A DNA stretch of 64,000 nucleotides from an uncultured Bacilli bacterium (lineage in GTDB: Bacteria; Bacillota_I; Bacilli_A; RF39; UBA660): assembly GCA_934090935.1 (NCBI GenBank), contig CAKOKD010000003.1, positions 92,604-156,603 of the forward strand, in the 5' to 3' direction. Under the pieces are notes generated by a model. It was not told where the DNA came from. It worked only from the letters and a program-made list of their open reading frames with translations, and did not search any database. The position numbers were made by a program, and so were the translations under genes. The first letter of the stretch is position 1. Each line of letters opens with the position of its first letter. Positions 58,399 through 64,000 of this stretch are shown here, in pieces.

Positions 58399-59478
58399 TT
58401 ATTTATCTTTGGCAATATTTAGAATTATTCCAATCATGATTAAACAAGTAAGCAAACTTGAACCTCCATAGCTTAAAAAAGGAAGTGTTACCCCAGTAAC
58501 TGGGATAAGTCCAACTACAACAAGTAGATTTAATAAAGTTTGCAAGATTAGTTCTAAGATAAGACCAAATGATAAATATTTTCCAAATAGATCCTTAGTT
58601 TCTAAAGATATTTTTACAACATTATAAAACAGGGTTATATAGCAAGCGGTTATTATTAAGATACCAATAAATCCTAGTTCTTCTGAAATGATTGCAAAGA
58701 TAAAATCAGTTTGAGGTTCTGGCAGATAAAAATGTTTTTGAATTGAGTTACCGAGACCTAATCCAAATAAACCTCCTGGACCAATCGCATATAAACTTTG
58801 AATTATTTGAAAGCCACTTCCTAAGGGATCACTCCAAGGATTAAGGTAAGCAACTATTCTAGCAACTCGATATGGAGCAGCTATTATTAAACCGACTATT
58901 CCAACAACACCTAAGAACCCTAGTTTTACAAAAAAAGATATCTTAATTTTAGATGTAAATATTAAAGCAATAAGCGATAAAACTAAAATCGCACCACTTC
59001 CAAAGTCTGGTTCTAATAAAATGAGAAGAAAGCATATTATAACTAATCCTAAAATAGGAAGAGAATATTCTTTGATATTATCCATATATGAATCGTGTTT
59101 GGACAAATACTTTGATACAAATATAATCATAGCAATTTTCGCGATTTCACTAGGTTGAATACCAAATGGACCTATACCAAACCAACTTCGGCTTCCATTT
59201 CTTACAATTCCTATTCCAGGAATGAGCACCAATACAAGCAGTATAAAAGATCCAATAAGTATCTTATTTGCCCAATTTTTATAGTATCTATAATCTATTT
59301 TGCTTATAAAAAACATTAAAACTATACCAATTAAAGCAAATAAGGATTGATGAATCATATATTTATAAGGATTGTTAAACTTATATTCCGCCCATATACT
59401 TGAGGATGAAGAAATCATAATGATTCCAAATATAGTTAAAAATATTGAGATAAATGTTATTATAAATTTTCTATTCAT
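58399..59478 (-). CDS. ftsW: SEDS-family peptidoglycan glycosyltransferase (FtsW/RodA/SpoVE)
   Basis: 10-TM protein with the conserved SEDS periplasmic loop (...RSWFGIGPFGIQPSE...) and C-terminal block PVTGVTLPFLSYGGSS. Confidence 0.8.
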   Translation of the reverse strand: MNRKFIITFISIFLTIFGIIMISSSSSIWAEYKFNNPYKYMIHQSLFALIGIVLMFFISKIDYRYYKNWANKILIGSFILLVLVLIPGIGIVRNGSRSWFGIGPFGIQPSEIAKIAMIIFVSKYLSKHDSYMDNIKEYSLPILGLVIICFLLILLEPDFGSGAILVLSLIALIFTSKIKISFFVKLGFLGVVGIVGLIIAAPYRVARIVAYLNPWSDPLGSGFQIIQSLYAIGPGGLFGLGLGNSIQKHFYLPEPQTDFIFAIISEELGFIGILIITACYITLFYNVVKISLETKDLFGKYLSFGLILELILQTLLNLLVVVGLIPVTGVTLPFLSYGGSSLLTCLIMIGIILNIAKDK

Positions 59479-59508
59479 AATACATTTTATGAAAAAAAAT
59501 ATGGAGTA

Positions 59509-60501
59509 TTACAACCATACTCCATATATAACACCAAACATCGCTAGTAAGAATCCAGCTACCCAGAACACTTTTACAATGTCGGTTTCACTCCATCCTA
59601 ATTCTTCAAAATGATGATGAAGAGGTGCCTTTAAGAAAACTTTTTTATTGAATTTTCTTATCGCGATTATTTGAATAAAGCTTGATAATGTTTCAATAAC
59701 ATATACTCCACCGATTATTACCAATGAAAATTCATGATGTGTTAAAATTGCTATACTAGCTAGCGCTCCACCTAAAGCAAGGGAACCAGTATCACCCATG
59801 AATACTCTTGCAGGATGTGTGTTGAATAGTAAGAATCCTAGTATTGAGCCTACCAATACAAATGAGAATATTGCCATTGTATCATATCCAGGAATCCAAT
59901 TGCTACCCCATGATATAACTCCATAAGCTAAGAATGCCATCGCTGAAAGACCTCCGCATAAACCATCTAGTCCATCAGTAATATTAACTGCATTAGTTGT
60001 TCCAACAAGCACGAATAGAATAAAAATTCCATATACAAATCCTAACTCCCATTTGATTCCAAAAAGAGTTACTTCTAGAGTTGTTGAACCACCATTACAT
60101 TTATATATTGTATAAAATACAACTGCTATAAATATTTGAAATATTAGTTTTGTTAAAGTTGATAATCCTTTATTGTTATGAAACTTAATCTTTAAAAAGT
60201 CATCCACAAATCCTAAACATGCATAAGCAATAAACACAAACAACACAATTATTATATTTGTTGATAAAGCAATACTTCCTTTCAAATATAAAAGGAGCAT
60301 TGTTATTATCGGAGGTATTATAAAAATAAGTCCTCCTATAGTCGGCGTACCATTTTTTAATTGATGCCTTTTATTTATTAAATTACTTACTGTTTGACCA
60401 GCTTTTAACTTTCTTAACACAGGAATAATTAGCAATCCAACTATGATTGATAATACAAAACCTAGTGTTAATCCTAAAATCGATTTTGCTAAAATAAGCA
60501 T
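59509..60501 (-). CDS. mraY: phospho-N-acetylmuramoyl-pentapeptide transferase
   Basis: MraY signature blocks (KxGTPTIGG, DDxxKI, NAVNxTDGLDGL, HHHFE). Confidence 0.9.
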   Translation of the reverse strand: MLILAKSILGLTLGFVLSIIVGLLIIPVLRKLKAGQTVSNLINKRHQLKNGTPTIGGLIFIIPPIITMLLLYLKGSIALSTNIIIVLFVFIAYACLGFVDDFLKIKFHNNKGLSTLTKLIFQIFIAVVFYTIYKCNGGSTTLEVTLFGIKWELGFVYGIFILFVLVGTTNAVNITDGLDGLCGGLSAMAFLAYGVISWGSNWIPGYDTMAIFSFVLVGSILGFLLFNTHPARVFMGDTGSLALGGALASIAILTHHEFSLVIIGGVYVIETLSSFIQIIAIRKFNKKVFLKAPLHHHFEELGWSETDIVKVFWVAGFLLAMFGVIYGVWL

Positions 60502-60638
60502 AAAACCACCACCATTGATATTATTATACTATAAAACTATAATTTATATAGAGTTTTATACATTTGATTTACATAATATTTATATATAATTATATTCATA
60601 ATAAGAATTTATATAATAAAAAAAGAAAATAAACTTAA

Positions 60639-61271
60639 TTATTTTCTTAAAGTTCTATCTTCTCTATCTTGTTCTTGATAGAATTCATCTTCAAATTTAT
60701 TGTTACGGTTTATTTCAATAGCTTTAAATACTCCGATAGTTCCAGCTATAACCATAGCGCTTCCAAGTGATATAAGAATATATCTAGATGCATCTCCAGT
60801 TTTAGGAATAGGTGTTGTTTCTTCTTTAGTTGCAACCTCTGGTGTTGGAGTAGTTATTTCAACAACTGTTTCTGGCGTTGGCTCAGGATTAACTGGTGTT
60901 GGAGTTGGTGTTGGAGTATCTGGAGTTGGCGTAGGTGTTGGTGTTGGTTTAATACCTTTTCTTTCAGCTTCTGTTTCTACAGTATCAGGTATGTATTTAC
61001 CAGCATCTGGATCCTTATCAGTTTCTGGACTCCAATTTGTGTCATCTAGTGTTATTTGTGGTTCTTTAACCTCTTCAGTTTTTTCCTCTTCTTTAATAGA
61101 GTTATCAGGATTTACATTGTTTATATCCTCTTCTTTATGATCATCTTTATCACTTTCCCAAAGAATTTCTTCTTCCTCAGCATAAACATTTACTGGTGTT
61201 ATAGCTACTAAAGATGCTGCAAGTCCAATCGTTGATGCAAATAATTTTAAATTTTTTACTACTTTCTTCAT
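60639..61271 (-). CDS. cell-wall sorting-signal protein (IPKTG) with Pro/Thr-rich stalk
   Basis: Signal peptide. PTPTPTPTPDTPTPTPTP linker. IPKTGD, then a hydrophobic segment and a charged tail. Confidence 0.5.
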   Translation of the reverse strand: MKKVVKNLKLFASTIGLAASLVAITPVNVYAEEEEILWESDKDDHKEEDINNVNPDNSIKEEEKTEEVKEPQITLDDTNWSPETDKDPDAGKYIPDTVETEAERKGIKPTPTPTPTPDTPTPTPTPVNPEPTPETVVEITTPTPEVATKEETTPIPKTGDASRYILISLGSAMVIAGTIGVFKAIEINRNNKFEDEFYQEQDREDRTLRK

Positions 61272-61280
61272 AATTTTCTC

Positions 61281-62216
61281 CTATCTTATCAATTTATAGT
61301 CTTTTGTTTCTTCTAATTGTTCTATTTTTGTATATTGTTTTTCTAGTTTAAAATAAACTATACATCGAGCATTTTCTTTTTCATATGTACATGTTACGAG
61401 TGCTAAAATCTTATCTCCAGGTTTTATTTCTTCTTCAGTCTTTATAAGCGATTCATCTCGAATAAGGTCCATATATTTTAAAAACTCCTCATCACTTTGG
61501 AAATTGTTTTTAAAGACCTCAGTTTCATCTTTACCATCGACAACCATCGATGCAACAACGCTTAATTTATAAGCATATCCATCAGGTGTGTACATGACTC
61601 CAAAGGGATGATTATCAGCATATTCTTGATTTTTGTAGTTGCATATACTTGCAAGCATTCTTCCACCCTTCATATGATGTCCATATATAAATGTTATATC
61701 GTCAGGGTTTTCACTTGTAAGTTTTTCATTACGATAATCCGTAAACAACGTTCCTGATGAACTTTTATTGCCTTCAATATCATGATGTAAATAAAATTCA
61801 TTGTCAGGTGCACTTACTACTGGAAGATCTATCTTGGTATCAGAAAATACCATCCAACCCTCTGCATCCGAATTGATTTTTTGTAATGAATCAAAATCAA
61901 TTGTTTCAAAATTGTAACCACTTTCTAATAATTCTGTACTTATGTATTGGCTTTCTATCTCTTCTACCTCTTCAGGTATATCTTCGATCGGTTCTTCAAT
62001 ATGAATGTTTAAATCAGGATTTTTATCAATAGAAGATATTATTTCATCTTTGATATCATTTTCCGTTATATCATCCTTAATCGAAGATATCTTTTCATCA
62101 GTTTCAAATATGCTTTTGGAATCAACTAAGACATATGTTGCTGATAAAGACAGAACTAATAAATATGGTGCAATTGTGAGCGACCTTTTTAGATGTCGTT
62201 TTCTCCTAGCATTCAT
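61281..62216 (-). CDS. sortase (class B-like)
   Basis: N-terminal TM. GHHMKGGRM. LALVTCTY (TLxTC active-site Cys) ...R. 311 aa. Confidence 0.55.
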   Translation of the reverse strand: MNARRKRHLKRSLTIAPYLLVLSLSATYVLVDSKSIFETDEKISSIKDDITENDIKDEIISSIDKNPDLNIHIEEPIEDIPEEVEEIESQYISTELLESGYNFETIDFDSLQKINSDAEGWMVFSDTKIDLPVVSAPDNEFYLHHDIEGNKSSSGTLFTDYRNEKLTSENPDDITFIYGHHMKGGRMLASICNYKNQEYADNHPFGVMYTPDGYAYKLSVVASMVVDGKDETEVFKNNFQSDEEFLKYMDLIRDESLIKTEEEIKPGDKILALVTCTYEKENARCIVYFKLEKQYTKIEQLEETKDYKLIR

Positions 62217-62283
62217 AAATAATTCCCCCTAATTATCCTTTTTATGTGCTATATAATAGCAAATTATTGTCATTTAGTCAAAT

Positions 62284-62754
62284 CTATATGGCTGCATCAA
62301 TATTTATGCTATATCTACATGATACTTCATTTGTTGGATAAGTCCCTTCATATTGATTAGATATGTATATATACACAGTTTCATCTTTATCAATTTTTAT
62401 GCTTTCATACTTATGAATCTTATCTTTAGAGTAAAGCACTTTGATTTTGATGTTTTTTTCAACTAATGCTTCATCGTCCTCTTTATTTTCACCAGAACCA
62501 TTACACTTTATCTTGATGTTAGACTCATTCAATGTCAAAGAATATTTGTATTCGTTCTTATAAGTTATGATGTTTTCTTTACTTTTAGATTCATTAGTAA
62601 ATGATGTATCATCCAGATTATATGATATTTCATTTTTTGATGAAGAACTATTATCGGCAATTTCACTGAATGATTTTCCATCAATATACTTATTTGAAAC
62701 AAAGATAACTGCTAGCAATGATAGAATAACCCCTAAACTTCTATACATTTTCAT
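62284..62754 (-). CDS. hypothetical secreted protein
   Basis: Signal peptide MKMYRSLGVILSLLAVIFVSN. 156 aa. Confidence 0.4.
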   Translation of the reverse strand: MKMYRSLGVILSLLAVIFVSNKYIDGKSFSEIADNSSSSKNEISYNLDDTSFTNESKSKENIITYKNEYKYSLTLNESNIKIKCNGSGENKEDDEALVEKNIKIKVLYSKDKIHKYESIKIDKDETVYIYISNQYEGTYPTNEVSCRYSINIDAAI

Positions 62755-62821
62755 AATCCAAATCCCCCTTGAATTGCCGTATATACTAACACTTTAATTG
62801 CTTTTTGTCAAATTTGAAGCA

Positions 62822-62852
62822 TAAAAAAAACTAGTGAAATAATTCACTAGTC
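62822..62852 (-). terminator. rho-independent terminator after hsp20
   Basis: Minus-strand ACTAGTGAA-ttat-TTCACTAGT plus TTTTTTTT. Confidence 0.5.
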
Positions 62853-63239
62853 AATACTGATATGTTTGATTTCGTCTTTTTTATCTTCTTCTTTTGGAAC
62901 ACTTATTGTTAAGATTCCATCTTTGAAAGAAGCTTTGATTGATGATTCATCAATATCACCAACATAGAAATCTCTTGTACATTCGCTTACAGATCTTTCA
63001 CGACGAATGTATTTTTTATCCTCATTTTCTTCAACTACATTTTTTGCTGATACTTTTAAGTATCCGTCCTTATAGTCTAGATTGATATTTTCTTTTTTAA
63101 ATCCAGGTAAGTCCATCTCGATATTATAAAGTCCATCCTTTTCATAAATATCGCATTTCATCATTTTATCTAATTTTTTTGGAGTATCTAAATCATCAAA
63201 GAAATTATCGAAGAATAATTTGCTTGGTAACATACTCAC
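62847..63239 (-). CDS. small heat-shock protein, Hsp20/alpha-crystallin family
   Basis: Alpha-crystallin domain (DIYEKDGLYNIEMDLPGFKKENINLDYKDGYLKVSAK ... GILTISVPK). 130 aa. Confidence 0.85.
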   Translation of the reverse strand: MSMLPSKLFFDNFFDDLDTPKKLDKMMKCDIYEKDGLYNIEMDLPGFKKENINLDYKDGYLKVSAKNVVEENEDKKYIRRERSVSECTRDFYVGDIDESSIKASFKDGILTISVPKEEDKKDEIKHISID

Positions 63240-63277
63240 ACTTCCTTTCTTTTACAATTATAACTATACTACTTTAA

Positions 63278-63304
63278 TTAGCACTTGTCAATAGCAAGTG
63301 CTAA
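63278..63304. promoter_or_regulatory. CIRCE element (HrcA operator) TTAGCACTT-N9-AAGTGCTAA overlapping the hsp20 promoter
   Basis: Matches CIRCE consensus TTAGCACTC-N9-GAGTGCTAA at 16/18 arm positions. A TTGACA sits in the spacer, 17 bp from TATAGT, about 40 nt upstream of the hsp20 ATG. Confidence 0.65.
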
Positions 63305-63345
63305 TTCTTTTATATTTTATGTAAATTTTTTTAATTTATACGTTT

Positions 63346-64000
63346 TTAACCTAACATTAGCTTTATTTTTTCTCCCTGTTTTACAAATTCACCTTCTTTT
63401 GGAGATTGATATATTACTTTTTCGCCAGTACCTGAGTATTCAATTTGATAGTTAATACCAATTGCTGCTCTTGCTTCTTTTTTAGTCATGCCAATTACAT
63501 TAGGCACTTCATAATACTTAATATCCCAAAGTTCATATTCCCTTTCAATATCACTTTTGCTCTTTTTAATATTTAGAGCATTAGCACTTGCTTCGAGCAC
63601 TCTTTTAGCAATTGGCGCAGCAACTGTTCCTCCATACTGAACAACACCTTTAGGATTATCGACAGCAACATAAACAACAACTTCAGGATCATTGGCTGGC
63701 ATAAATCCAATAAATGATAAGATATAATTACCATCCATATATCTTCCATCTTTAACCTTTTGAGCTGTTCCGGTTTTTCCGCCTACTCGATAACCATTAA
63801 GATAAGCATTTCTTCCTGTTCCTTTAGCAACAACACTTTCTAAAGCATATCTTACAAGTTTAGATGTTTCTTCAGATATAACATCTCTTTTTAGTTTTGG
63901 TTTATTTACTAAAACAGTATCTAAAGTATTGGCATTCGAGATTGATGAAACTAGATAAGGAGTATATAAATGTCCTCCATTAACCGCAGCTGATACTCCC
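63346..64000 (-). CDS. class B penicillin-binding protein (transpeptidase) C-terminal part with PASTA domain; continues beyond the window end
   Basis: KTG motif (GGKTGTAQ) upstream of the annotated Met. PASTA domain (VPNVIGMTKKEARAAIG...KIKLMLG). The reading frame is open to position 64000. Confidence 0.75.
   Translation of the reverse strand, partial: GVSAAVNGGHLYTPYLVSSISNANTLDTVLVNKPKLKRDVISEETSKLVRYALESVVAKGTGRNAYLNGYRVGGKTGTAQKVKDGRYMDGNYILSFIGFMPANDPEVVVYVAVDNPKGVVQYGGTVAAPIAKRVLEASANALNIKKSKSDIEREYELWDIKYYEVPNVIGMTKKEARAAIGINYQIEYSGTGEKVIYQSPKEGEFVKQGEKIKLMLG

Overview
This is an AT-rich (about 28-30% GC) chromosomal segment from a low-GC Gram-positive bacterium (Bacillota; Erysipelotrichia-like by gene content, standard code 11). 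Almost every gene sits on the minus strand. The housekeeping backbone is scpA(partial)-miaB-lexA-rhomboid-rluD-lspA-leuS-sipS-mutM-polA-whiA-ftsW-mraY-hsp20-PBP(partial). Three classes of accessory material interrupt it. (1) Eight paralogous secreted-protein genes share an N-terminal about 165-aa module fused to different C-terminal domains. The C-terminal domain is either an SPAFRI-terminated beta-rich domain or one or two ALK/LTK-like glycine-rich (poly-Gly) domains. Five paralogs, plus one unrelated higher-GC small gene, carry a conserved sigma-A-like promoter whose -35/-10 spacer contains a homopolymeric G tract of 7, 8 or 9 residues, a classic slipped-strand phase-variation signature. (2) Two copies of a compact module encode a 27-31 aa hydrophobic peptide convergently overlapped by a promoter-plus-terminator-defined small RNA (about 80-90 nt). 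Repeat motifs complementary between the sRNA and the peptide mRNA 5' UTR give an Fst/par-like type I toxin-antitoxin architecture. Both copies sit directly upstream of phase-variable paralogs. (3) A tRNA-Arg(CCU)-linked island remnant holds a nonsense-disrupted large serine recombinase, an APH-family kinase and a GNAT acetyltransferase. Also present are a membrane-anchored cohesin-like protein next to a 2195-aa dockerin-bearing giant adhesin, a sortase B / IPKTG substrate pair, and LexA (Cheo) boxes with a divergent SosA/YneA-like small membrane protein. Further regulatory elements are a T-box leader before leuS and a CIRCE operator before hsp20. No rRNA, CRISPR array or intact IS element was seen.
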